Shown piece after piece: positions 39,001 through 51,041 of a stretch of 64,000 nt of DNA (position 1 is its first letter; each line of letters opens with the position of its first letter). The position numbers were made by a program, and so were the translations under genes. The DNA is from Lepidodermella squamata (lineage: Eukaryota; Animalia; Gastrotricha). Location of the stretch: contig JBLDXI010000013.1 of the NCBI GenBank assembly GCA_047495785.1, forward strand, positions 2,852,001-2,916,000, given 5' to 3'. The notes under the pieces are model-generated. The model did not search any database and was not told the origin of the DNA. It saw only the letters and a list, made by a program, of their open reading frames with translations.

Positions 39001-39402
39001 GATGTCATATCGCAACCAGCTCCGTCCGAGCGGGACGTGAGCATAAGTTGCGACGATGAGTCATCTGAAGCCGAGTACTTATCAACACTCACTTTCCCTC
39101 AACACTCAGTTAGCAGTAGCAGTAGGCACAACCAAAATAACCTCTCGGTGCAACTACATGCGCCTGTTTTCATGCTACAACGGCCGTCGGGTCAGCAGCT
39201 CGACGACCAGGTCGAGTATGCCGAGTGTGCGGACGACCCGTGTCCGCCGCCCGCTTTCGCCTCGTTAAACTCGGAGTGTTCGTCTCACGTGTCACACATC
39301 GAAATGACCACGACCAGCGTCAGCGAGTCCGGCTCGCTGCACTACGGCGACGGCGATGAGCAGCAATTGCATCGCCGGCCGAGTGCCGACCACCACTCCT
39401 GA
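36062..39402 (+). CDS. Single-pass LDL-receptor class A repeat protein (LRP12/LDLRAD-like) with cytoplasmic PPSY; 4 exons
   Basis: Signal peptide, four LDLa repeats (CDNFADCLDSSDE, CNGISEC..NE, CNGLADCADARDE, CDGQPHCPNADDE), TM, basic stop-transfer, APPSYSQVM; long introns ~36346-36701 and ~37757-38817. Confidence 0.75.
37805..38320. mobile_element. MITE/foldback-like intronic element with inverted ~20-bp unit arrays
   Basis: actacaaaaattgaggttccag at left vs ctggaacctcatttttagt at right; internal ggcactaaatt / aattagtgcc inversions; part recurs at 52900-52982. Confidence 0.55.
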
Positions 39403-40196
39403 TCACTTGTCAAGCCGTCTTTTTTCACCAAACCCATTACTCGCCGTCAAAAACAATAATTAACGATATGAAAATCTGTTTGATCTTTTTTATTTCATTT
39501 CATTTTTTGCAGTCGAGAAGTAAATTGAGGTGGAATAATCATAATAACGTTATGAGAGGAAGAAGCCAGATCCAAATGATGCTTATTTTTATGTGAATGA
39601 AATATGCCGCTACCTTTTTTAAGAGTACTTCAGAACAGAAAAAAAGATATAATCTATCACAGTTCTTGTCTCTTGTGTCTCGTGTACAAAAAATATTGCC
39701 CTCATAAGTTTTTTTACTCGCTGTATCGATTTAAAAGTTCTACAATCATGCGTAAAAGTGTAAATATGAATTTATTAAAAAAGAGCAACACCTGAATTGT
39801 TATGTTTTATCGTGTACTAGAATAATTCTTTCTATAAATTAAATGCGGAAAGTTGGATAATGACTTCTGAAAACGTGTTCCGTGTGCCTACTCTATCATA
39901 TTATTATAATTATTGTTGTTGTAAATAATAATACATTGTTGCTATCGCAATTTCAGCGCACTTTCTTTTTGAGAAAATTTCAGTTCTATAAGAAAAATTT
40001 AATTCGATATCAATTATTATAACAATTATATCTATACTGTGTAGATTTTAGTTCAACGGTTTGAAACGGAAAAATCTGAAAAATCTTGTCTCTCTCGCTT
40101 GAAGATACGAAAAGTTGTTGGATGATAAAATGAAACAATTTGGGATGAATCTTTGTTATTCAAATTATTATTAGATATTTTTGGTTTTTTACTACA

Positions 40197-41192
40197 ATGT
40201 CTGACGACGAATTGGCAGATTCTATGACTGGGTTATCCCTTGTCGACCAAGTGAAGGCTAAACACAAAAAGGAGCTCAAAGAACTTGAAGGTATGACCTA
40301 CTATATATGAATTGGTGGCGGTTATAATAACACAAATTATCGCAGCAAAATGTACGAAACTGCGGCACTCTGTTCCGAAGGGTGATAAGAAACGCATGAA
40401 AGAGGTCAAAGATGAAATAGCCAAGTTGGAAGCAGACATCAAGAAGCGGCATGACGCTGAGCTTAAAACCGCTCAAGAAAGTAATATTCCGGCTGAAAAG
40501 GCGCCCGAGCCTGCCCCTAGTCAAGAACCGCCCCAAGAAACTGAGGAAAAAGAATCTGAGAAACACTCTGAAAAGCAAAGTCGAGCGCAAAGACGTCGCG
40601 TTTGTTAAAATAATCCACCTTAAATTTTCATTATTTTCTACGATTTAATCAGGAGAAAAAAGCGGCTGTGTCTGCTGCTTTGGTTGAAAAAGCTGCTCAA
40701 GCCGCGGATGGTTCTGTTGATTCTCTTCGTGAAATCGAGCGGTCGAAAATTGCGGCCAAGCTTGAACCCCTTGGTCTCACATTTCACGATGTCGCACCTA
40801 ATGGTGACTGCTTATTCAGCTCGGTTTTGCATCAAATGGATTTGGTTCATGGAATCAACACATCATCCGTCGCAGCCTTGCGACGACAAGCTGCCGATGA
40901 AATGCGGGCGAATATAGACGACTATTTGCCATTTATGGAGACCCCGACTGACGATGCTGGGTTTCTGATTTATTGCCGAAACATCGAAACTACCCACGAA
41001 TGGGGTGGTCAACTTGAGCTAAAAGCCTTGAGTAAGGCTCTAAATATGCCTATTCGAGTCATTCAAGCCGATGGACCGAATGTTGACCTTGGCGGTGGCA
41101 ATCGAGCTCCTCTGTTGATCACCTACCATCGCCATGAATTCGGTTTGGGTGAACATTACAATTCAACTGAACCTTGGGAGGCTGTTAAATAA
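40197..41192 (+). CDS. OTUD6B: OTU deubiquitinase OTUD6B-like; 3 exons
   Basis: KHKKELKEL, SVPKGDKKR, SRAQRRR|EKK, APNGDCLF, WGGQLELKALS, YHRHEFGLGEHYNS. Confidence 0.93.
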
Positions 41193-41320
41193 CAATTAAA
41201 TTGATTTATTGCTCAGAAAGTTTTGTCTGAAATCAACGCTTGAATTTTGTCTAGTGAAACCAATTTTTTATTTAAATTAAACCATCTTAAATTTTTATTT
41301 AGGCCACCATAACCATGATA

Positions 41321-43481
41321 TTATCTTGCTGTTTTTGCTGGAGCGACAGTTGTTTGAACTGTTAGGACTGTTGAACTTGCTGGACCTTGTTGCTGACCTC
41401 CAGATTGCCCCCCTTGGCCTTGGCCTTGGCCCTGGCCCTGGCCCTGGCCCTGGCCCTGGGAGCCATCAGTAGGCGGCGGCGGTTGGGTAACATCTTGGAA
41501 TTTGCCGCTGTTTGTTGGTATGTTGCTGTTTGTTGTCGTCGATGCTGTCGGTTTCAGAGTATCCGTGCAGAAAATCAGTACTGGCAGGGCAATAGATGCG
41601 GCTAAGCATACAAGGAGGACGAACGTGTCAACTTTGTTGAAGAAACTCAACCAGTCCTCTTGGCAGCGTTGTCGTGAATTACGTTTGTCCAATTCGTTAA
41701 TCACCATTAACGCAGCTTGATTCAATTCAGGTGACGAAGAGCTTTTGGTCTAAAAACCACATTTAGACGAAATATTTAACCATTTTTCTAAATATTCCAA
41801 CTTGAATTTTGTATGTCCCTATATATCTTCTATCAAATTTATCTTCTCCGCTTATTTTGATTGAAACAATTGATTGATTACTCACCAACTCCAAGATTTG
41901 CGGGTAAGTTCTTCCCCGGAACGACCTTGCTGGTTTACGGCAGATGGCTGCTCCGAGGTACACCGGCATAGGCTCTCCAGAATACGCGTATTTGTTAACC
42001 AGCCAAGTGATAGCGATCGAATAGAACGTAATAATGCCACCAATGAACATTTGACACACAATGTAAAGAACGAGGGGAATATTATCGGAAGTTTTCGGAA
42101 GTGCAGAAACCACCAAGGTTTGGAAAATGGCGAAAGCTGTAATAGAAATCAGATTAATTCAGGGCAGATTTTTCGTTTTAAATCTTACCCAAAACTACAG
42201 TAATAGCAAATCCCGCCCTTGAAGTATCCATGGGGAAGAGAAAAGTGGTCAGCGCCAAACAAGCCATTCTATGAAGAATAGGCACAATTCTGAAAATGCT
42301 TAAGTTCTGAACATTCAGCTTACAGAATACAAGGAAGAAGGACATTCATCATATAGAAGTTTGATCGTCGCGTGACTGAGAATTTGAAGGTCAGACAGCT
42401 GTACTGTTCACCGTTGAATGAAGCAAGCTGGCTGGATGTCGTGATGTTCATAATAATCCACTCTGGGCTGTATAGGGCGTCTTCCTGGGCGATGTAAGCC
42501 GGGGTATCGGCCAAAACTTGCATCGAATCGTACGCATAATTCCATCCTAAGGAAAAGTGATAGGATTTTTTCAAGTTTCATAAGTGCTCAGCTAACCTTG
42601 GAAGGTGTAGGAACAATTCTGCGAGTCGAACTGGAAATATCAACAATTTATTAATATTTTTTGAGTTATGGAAGTTTTTAAATCAAACCGGGAAAGAGCT
42701 CAAGTCCAAGTTGCATTTAGTTACAAAGTTGTTGGCCGAAGCCGCTATGACCGTTCCGTTGTAGAGGACCCACACTCGTTCAGAATTCATATTTTCTTGA
42801 GCATAGATAACCGGTCTCATACTACCTGGATCACTGGACTGAATAATCAAGGGCAACCTATACAACTTTTGTAAATAGCTGTAACATTTCGTAAATCGAA
42901 TATTACCAAATGTCCTTTTGCCTCAAATGGACAACTGCAATGTTGCCGCTTGATTTCATGTCCCATTTGATGTAGCTGTCGTTCCATTTTATCGTAATCA
43001 CTCCAGAGAAGCTCATAAGCTGCTGCAAGTCGTCGATTCCGCCAAAATTGTTGATAGTCAGTCCGACTGTTGCATTGATAACCTCACCGGGAGCTGCTGG
43101 TTTCGATAAGCATTTAGATGGATAGTTGGCTAGAATCGTGTTGACGAGTGTTACTTCCGGGTTGTTTTGTGGGCCGGGGCCGCTAGAGCTTCCACCACCA
43201 CCACCACCACCACCACCCCCCGATGAGCCTCCGCCGGTCGACCCAGATGATCCACCACCGGATGAGCCTCCGCCGGGCGACCCTGAGGATCCACCCCCCG
43301 AAGAGCCTCCGCCGGGCGACCCAGAGGATCCACCACCCGAAGATCCTCCAGTGGAAGCACCGCCTGATGTTCCGCCAGAGGTACCTCCAGTCCCTCCAGT
43401 TGAAGCTCCTGGGCCTGGAGGCTGAGCATTGGCGGCGATGAAGAGACCTGCTAGCAGTAAAATATTCAACTTCCTGTTCAT
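41321..43481 (-). CDS. Divergent Cys-loop ligand-gated ion channel subunit 1 (Gly/Ser N-tether, Thr/GQ C-tail); 7 exons
   Basis: Signal peptide, DIW|LP, Cys-loop CNLDLSSFP|FDSQNC, EW, RRSNFYMMNVLLPC (M1), M2 RAGFAITVVLAFAIFQ, LPKTS, M4. Confidence 0.85.
41412..41459 (-). repeat. Hexamer coding repeat encoding (QG)n in the channel-1 C-tail
   Basis: ccttgg/ccctgg x8. Confidence 0.9.
43222..43349 (-). repeat. 39-bp coding tandem repeat (13-aa GGGSSGGGSSGSP units) in the channel-1 N-terminus
   Basis: Units start at 43222, 43261, 43300 and 43339. Confidence 0.9.
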
Positions 43482-43675
43482 TTCATGAAAAATACTAGAA
43501 ATGATGTTCTTGCTCATATCATCTTTCAAATGCGCTATTTGTTCAGCTGAAATTCTGGAGCCATCACACTCAAGTTCATGATTTTCTCCAACATCTGAGT
43601 AAATATCGCAAAATGGCGTTGAATTAATCCTTTTTATTTTATCAAGACGAAACATTAAAGCTTGATTTTCTTTAC

Positions 43676-45322
43676 TTAATTTTTTGGTGGAGGAGCGGGT
43701 GTAGTGATTTCGTATCGATTCTCCACATAATTTGTCTCAACCGGGGATGAAACACTTTCGCTGCTGACGTAAAATATGTCAGTCGTGAAAATTAGCACAG
43801 GAATGATGATAGAAACAGCGAGGAAAAATAGCATGGCAATAATATCGATGAAATTAAAAAATTGCACCCAATCATCTGCGTAGGTCGAATCAATCCTTTC
43901 CTGCTCAAGTTTATCGACGATTCTCAGTGAAGCTTGAACTGTCGCACTCGATGATTGATATTTTGCCTTCGGGGTTTTGGCCGCTTTACGGTGTCGAAAT
44001 CTCACGCAGGCGATGTGGCCGAGAAATGGCGGCAAAGGTTGGCCGTTCGACGTGTAGATGACCACTAGCCATGCTACAATAGCGCTATACAGCGCGATGA
44101 AACCCGATATGAACATCTCGCTAATGATGTAAAGAACCAATGAAATTTGAGTTGCCGTTTGAGGTAGATTTTGAGTGATAACCGTCTGGTAGACAGCGAA
44201 TCCCAAAACTACTGTAACAGCGTAAGCCGCACGTGAATTGTCCATCGGGAATAGGAAAGTCCCTACGGCTAAAAGAGACATTCTAAAATCAAGAAAAAAT
44301 GATAAAAACAATTAAGGAGGAATTTTTTCCTTACAAAGCGACCGGCATCAGTACGTTCATGATGTAGAAATTAGGTCGGCGCGTTGCTGTAATCGAGTAG
44401 GTTAGGCTTGAATATGGATTGCCTTGGAAAAAGGCGACTTCTTGCGTAATTGTGATGTTGGTAATTTCCCATTGAGGGCTGTAAAGCGAATCAGAATCCA
44501 GTATCTGATATGGGACTTGATCAGGCTGAAGGGTCAAATAATCGTAGGTGTAGTCCCATGCTTGAAACGAGTAGTCGCATGTTTGACTGTCAAACTTCAA
44601 AGGCGATGGGTTTAGAAAAAATATATGATTTAGGAAAATACCGGAAATAATGTCAAATCCAAATTGCATTGAGTTTGAAAGTTGCCCGCGAAAGTTGCGC
44701 AGACGCTTCCATCATACTGAACTTTCAGCACATCGGAATTGGCGTTGGTATCGGCGTACAAAACCGGACTTATATCACCGGGCGCAGACGTTTGAACGTA
44801 AAGAGGTAACCTAAAATCATAATCTAAGCTCAATTTGTTCCGTGTCAATGGGGCTAGTATGTACCATATATCCTTGAAGCGCAAATGGACCTGAGAAACT
44901 CCTGGATAGGTTTTAGGATCCCACCTCAAGTAGTTGTCTGTCCATTTCGCAACAATTACCCCGGAGAATTCCATTATCTCCTGTAGGTCGTCGATTCCAG
45001 TGAAACTGTTGATAACCAATCCGATTGATACATTAGTCATAATTTGTGGCGGGGATGGCCGGGTTAAAGCTGAACCGGGGTAGGATGCCAGGATTGAGTT
45101 GATCGCTAAGATTTCCGGGTTATTACTAGGGGATGGCCGCTGGCCTCCCGTATTTCCTTGGCCAGAACCTGACGAATTCGGTCCAGAGTTCGAGCTGGAA
45201 CCGCTGCTGGTACCCGATGACCCGGTTCCAGTGCTCGGTGGCCCTCCGCCTCCACCCCCAGGCTGAGCCATTGAATGATACAGTAGGCAAGAATAAGTGA
45301 ACAAAACTATAATTTCTCTCAT
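43676..45322 (-). CDS. Divergent Cys-loop ligand-gated ion channel subunit 2; 4 exons
   Basis: Signal peptide, G/S-rich N-terminus, DIW|LP, CNLDLTLFP|FDSQTC, RRPNFYIMNVLMP, M2 RAAYAVTVVLGFAVYQ, LPQTA, M4. Confidence 0.85.
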
Positions 45323-45448
45323 TTCTTTCAATTTCTGGAAATTGATTTGCTACGTCGCATTTCATGAAAGCTACTAGACAGGTGTTCAAACATTAATTTG
45401 TTTATTTTTCAATGTTGTGATAGTGTTCTTATAATTTGATACTTGGCG

Positions 45449-47366
45449 ATGTCAGAGCATTTGGTAGAGACGGCTATCAGCGACGGCGTTCGCGGCAGAT
45501 TACCAAGCATTTACGAACGATTCGCCGCCGTTTTCAGTGGCAAACCTGAACTTTTTTCTTCTGTGCCAGGACGCGTCAATCTCATAGGTTAGCCATATAC
45601 CCTGAAGAGGAGTGATGCATAATAACTGAGAAGAAAAAATGATTAAAATATTTCAACAAGCCTCATTTATTTTTAAGGGGAACACATCGATTATTGCGGC
45701 TATGGAGTTTTACCTATGGCAATCGAGCAAACTGTGATCATTGCTGCCCGGAAGACCACCGGTTCGTTGAAACTGGTCAGCACTTCGGCTGAATTCGAAG
45801 CTTTTGACGGCAATATCGCCGATTTTACTATCAGCACAAATCCGCCTAAATGGTTCAACTACTCATTGTGCGGAATTCGCGGAATAATCGACCGATTCGG
45901 GGCGGATAAAACCGCGAACATCGGTATGGAATGCGTTATTGACGGCACTGTGCCGCGTTGTGCTGGTCTATCTAGCTCCAGTGCCTTGGTTTGCTCATCG
46001 GCATTGGCCTACATGCGAATTTGTGGCCTGAATGCTTCCCGGCTTGAATTGGCTGATACTTGCCAGCAATGCGAGCGATATATTGGGACCTGCGGGGGTG
46101 GTATGGACCAGGCAGTGGCCTACCTCGCCGAGGCTGGTCGAGCTCAATTCATCGAGTTTGAACCCGCGTTGAAGGCTACTCCGGTCTCTTTGCCGCCTGG
46201 TTTCACGTTCATTGTAGCGAATTCATGCGCTGATATTAATAAGGCAGCAACTTCTGATTTCAACCAACGTGTGTTGGAAACTAGATTGGCCGCTAGATTG
46301 CTGGCGAAAGCGCTTCACGTCCCTGAAAGCACCTGGTCTGGCAAGCCGAGGCCGCGCCTGGCTGATATCCAACGTGGCTCGAATACGCCACGCCCGGGTC
46401 AGATGTTGACGAGTGTCGAAAGCTTGCTCCACGCCGGGCCTTATTCCATCGATGAAGTTGTTGAATTGCTGGGAGTTACGAAAGAAAAACTCATCGCTGA
46501 CGATTTTCCAGCTAATACCCGAGATGGTGAGTGCTTCGGAATTCAGAATCTTTGGAGAATGGGGAATTCAGAAATAAAACGTATTTTCGGTTCAATTTCA
46601 GTTTCGGTCAATTGAATTTTTGTAAAAAAGATCCGCTAGATTTTTCTAAATTTATCAAGTTGTCATGCCATCAAATTATGAAATTCCTTGAACTCGTCTC
46701 TTATTTTGCGATTGGCCGTTCTTTTCTGAAGTTCGACCTGGATAGCGATAATTTATCTAACTTGAAGTCTTGAAAGCCCAAATAATTACGGGGGTAAATT
46801 TTAAATCGATGAGCTGTGAGGTCATCAGCTATTAGGACACTGAACTCGAAATGACCCAGTTTAGTAAAATTCTTGAAAATGTCAAATTTTGACCCTTATT
46901 AAGCTGGAATTTTTAATTTTTGTTTTTCTTATTAGTGACCGAATTTTGGCTTCGAAAGCGAGCTGAACACGTGTACTCGGAAGCTGAACGCGTTCTGGCC
47001 TTCCGCGATGCATGCGCAAACGCCGAAAATAAGTCCCCTGCCGAAGTGGCTGCCACTTTGGGCGCCCTTATGAACGCAAGCCACGATTCTTGCCGATTCT
47101 CCTACCAATGTTCTCATCCTCAACTGGACGAGCTGGTCTCAATTTGCCGCGACTCCGGCGCCCTCGGGTCTCGACTGACCGGAGCTGGCTGGGGCGGGTG
47201 TTGCGTTTCGCTGGTCCGGGACGCGGATGTCGAACCGTTCTTGAAAGCCGTCACCGAGCGCTACTACGCTAAGGAAGAAGGCCTGGCTGGGAAAGACCCG
47301 CAAAAAGAGGGCTGGCTATTCGCTAGCCGACCAGCTGCTGGAGCCTCGTGCCACAAAGTGGACTAA
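45449..47366 (+). CDS. GALK2: N-acetylgalactosamine kinase / galactokinase (GHMP family); 3 exons
   Basis: PGRVNLI|GEHIDYCGYGVLPMAIEQ, WFNYSLCG, AGLSSSSA, ERYIGTCGGGMDQ, RAEHVYSEAERV, GSRLTGAGWGGC. Confidence 0.92.
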
Positions 47367-47531
47367 AATTATAGCTATTTTTGACGAATTTCACTGGCTT
47401 GCTTTGATTTTGATGGACGATCAATTAATTTATTCTCACAACGTGCAATCTGCTGATAGTAATTATTGATTTATTACACTGCTTATTTATTGCCACGGTT
47501 CATGTGCTAATCACTGAATATATTATTTATT

Positions 47532-49237
47532 TTAAAAAAGAGTAATAAAACTATCGGCGTAGAGTGGCCAAAAGAAGTAAACGCTAGAAAAAATTGTTGT
47601 CAGCAAGCACAACAAACCGACAACAGTGTCGACAAATCGAGCGAAACATTTCCATTGCTCATCGAGGTGTTCAGTCTTCATTTGCCGTAGTCGACGGCTA
47701 GCAGCTACCCAAATCATTTTCGAGGCATCGCCGTAAAATTCCAATTTTTTTCGCAGGTCGGCGGAATTCCCGAAATCCTCATTATTCATTCTTGGAAGTC
47801 CCTTTGTCGCTACCATACGGGCCATATTCGCCATGAAATCTGGGAGAGTTTGGCTGTTTGAACTGACCCTGATCGGTTTTTCGTTAACCATGGCGGTCAA
47901 TAGCTGGATTTCCTTCTTAATTTCATCACTAGGTTCGTGAGCTCCATAGATTCGCAGAACGAATCTGAAACACCTCGGCACGTCCTTTTCCCTAGCCAAA
48001 CCTGCCTCGTAGATGTAGAAGGCGAATATCGAGTTTAGCGTAGCTACTGTCCCAACGACCATTTGCACGACCAAATAGTCAACCAACGGTATTGCGGTTG
48101 AAGTTTTAGGCAGTAAAGTCGATGTCACAGTTTGAAAGACAGCAAAAGCCAAAACCACTGTCATGCAAAATGACGCCCGGCCTTCGCCCAGGGGGATGAA
48201 AAACGTCGACAATTGCAGAAAAGAAAGCAGTAAGCTAGGCACGAAGAAGTTGAGAATGAACCAGCCGGAACGTCGGGAGATTAAAAAGGTGCAGATCACC
48301 GCGGAATAGGTTTCATTTCGTCCATTCCCCGACACAACGCCTTCAACTGTTGACGACTCGCAATACGACGCAGTCAAGTTCCAAACTCCAGCTGGGTCAT
48401 TCGCTTCGTTCAGGTAGATAATTCCCCCGGATTCCAAGTGAAGTTCTCTATATGCATACGAATATGTAGTGTATGTGTAGACGCATTTCTAAAGGCGCAA
48501 AATATTAAGGTGTCAGCTAAAAACCTCAATTCATACTTGAATGTCCCAGGGAAATCGTTCCAAATCGATATCGCATTTCGTTATTAATGCCCCTGAGTGA
48601 ATGGCGGTGACCTGACTATCTCGGATCCAAACGGTTTCCAGGCTATCGGACCCACCGACGAAAAACAACGGCACCGCTGAATCTGGGGCGTAGTTGCTTT
48701 GAATGACAGGTGGAAGCCAGATGTCTTTCGCTCGAAGTTGGATTCGGTCGATATTTTGGAAAGCACCCGGATTCCAGTCCAAGTTTCGGTCAGTCCATTG
48801 CGCCATTAATCGGCCCGAGAGTGAAAGGAGGCCCGAAATATCATCGAGCTCGTCAAAATCAGAAATAGCTAACGACAAGTTGACGACTCTGTACAATAAA
48901 AACGCTTCAAGTAAGGTTAAACAAAGAAGTCGGCTCACAAATAGGGGGATCTGAAGTCTTCAAGTGGCCTCGCTAGACCATCACCTGGGTATTTTGACAA
49001 TAGCAGCTTTATCAGGGCAGCTTCGATGTTGTCGCCACTTGGTTCACTTGGTGAAACTGTGGAATTTGTTAAAGCGTTAATTGGTGAAACCGTGAAATTG
49101 GTTAAAGCTTTAATTGATGTTGCTGTGATATTGGGTAGAGCAAGGCCGTCGACGATAACAGCAATCGACCCTAACTGGAGAGACAAGATCCAAAAAGCGT
49201 TCATATTAAAAAACGAGTGAGTTACGACCAAGTTCAT
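47532..49237 (-). CDS. Divergent Cys-loop ligand-gated ion channel subunit 3; 3 exons (start may be the ATG at 49204)
   Basis: DIWLPP, CDIDLERFPWDIQ|KC, RRSGWFILNFFVP, M2 RASFCMTVVLAFAVFQ, LPKTS, M4. Confidence 0.85.
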
Positions 49238-49517
49238 AATATGGATGGCGGTAAGTCGTTTGAGCTTGGATTATTCATATATCAAATCAGATCGTGCTGA
49301 GAACAGTTGCGGCAAATGTTGGCAGTCACATGGAGTTGCCTATATTGAAGTTATTCGTCCATTAAAATAATCGGGCGTCTTATCGAGTCAGAGTGCAATG
49401 CTCCTGAAAGCATACATTTAATAATATGGGCTGGACCACTTTGGGAAGTTCAGGACAGGATAAGAAATAACCTTTTCACCCATGCATTTTTATTAAAGAA
49501 TCACTTACGCTGGACCT

Positions 49518-51041
49518 TTATGAACTGTCAGAACTCTCTGATGGTGGGACGAAGAAAAATACCGTCGAAATGACAGTTGCCACCAAGCAAAGCACGCCGA
49601 CGGAATTATCAATAAAACGCGCAACAGTCATCCACTGTTCATCTAAGCGCTCAGTCTTTATCTTTTTGAGCCTCCGTTTTGCCAGCAATTTTATGACTGT
49701 CGAAAGTTCACTTCTTGAGTTATCCACCCCTCCAGCGTTTACATTTGGCACAGGAGGAATTTGTTGACCGGATATAATCGTTAATGGGATGTCTTCTGTT
49801 TTAAGATTACCACCAGGATTTTTAACCAAAGCATTCAGTTCTTCGATTTCATTCGTGATTTCTTCATCATCATCCAATTTTCCGTAACAACGAAGAATGG
49901 GAGTAAAGCATTTCGGAATCTTCCTTTCCCTAGCCACTCCTGTTTCGTACATGTAAAAGCCGTAGGTGGCGTTCAAAGTTGCCAAGATACCAACAACCAT
50001 TTGCCCAATAATGTAATCGACCAGAGGGATTTGAGATGAAGTTCTCGGCAAAAGAGTCGCGGCGAGGGTTTGGAACACTCCGAAAGCTAGAGCTAGGGTC
50101 ATGCAAAAAGCTGCTCGGCCTTCGCCCAACGGCATGAAAAATGTTGACAGTTGAAGTATGGAAAACATGGCGCAGGGCACGAAGAAATTCAGTACGTACC
50201 AATCCGATCGGCGATCGAATGTAAATGAGCAAGAAACAGCCGAATACTTCTCGTTATCGGTGCTATCGGTCGACAGACTCAAATTTTTCGTTGTGCAGGA
50301 GCTGTTCGAAATCGTCCATACTGCAGCATTATCTCTCAGATCGTCAATAAAATCCAAAGCTTTTGCTTCAAGGCGCAAATACTCGGCTGTGTAAGCGTAG
50401 TTAGTGTACAGGTAGGTGCAAGTCTGAAAATAAAATTTCAGCGGTAAAAAATGGGGGAAACCAGCTGAAAAAACCTGGCTATCGAATGGGAACTTCGCCA
50501 AATCCAGATCGCAGTTGGTCATCAAATCCCCGGAATGGAGAATCCATACTTTCCCTTCATTAGTGACCCAAACTGTGTTGAGACTGCTAGAGCCTCCCTT
50601 CGAGAAAAGAGGTTCAGCAGAATCGGGAGCATAGTTGTACTGAATGATTGGAGGTAGCCAAATATCAGCGGCTCTTAGCTGGATTTTACTAATTCCCTTG
50701 TAATCTTTCGGCTTCCACTTCAAATTATTATCAATCCATTGGGCAATTACGCGGCCTGTCATTGAAACCATCCCGGTCATGTCATCCAAATCGTCGAAGC
50801 TGTCGACATAAATCGATAAATTCACTCTCCTGAAGATAAGAATAATCATCATTTCTTTATCAAAGTTAAAGAACAATTACAGGAAAGGCGTGTCGAAGTC
50901 AGAAACAGGTCTGGCTAATCCGTTACCCGGGTACTGCTCCATTAGCGCATCGGTTAGATTCGCTTCGATGTTCGCGTTCTTCGCGCATTCTACGCATGAT
51001 AAGTAGACCAAAGTCAGAATACTTAACACGAGTGTATTCAT
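49518..51041 (-). CDS. Divergent Cys-loop ligand-gated ion channel subunit 4; 3 exons
   Basis: MNTLVLSILTLVYLSCVEC signal, LARP, DIWLPP, CDLDLAKFPFDSQ|TC, RRSDWYVLNFFVP, M2 RAAFCMTLALAFGVFQ. Confidence 0.85.

Noticed and set aside
41241-41256. U7-like Sm site (aattttgtctag)
   Set aside because: One extra T, no downstream hairpin, and it lies between convergent 3' ends
43126-43441. Pro-rich plus-strand ORFs
   Set aside because: Antisense shadows of the Gly/Ser repeat of channel 1
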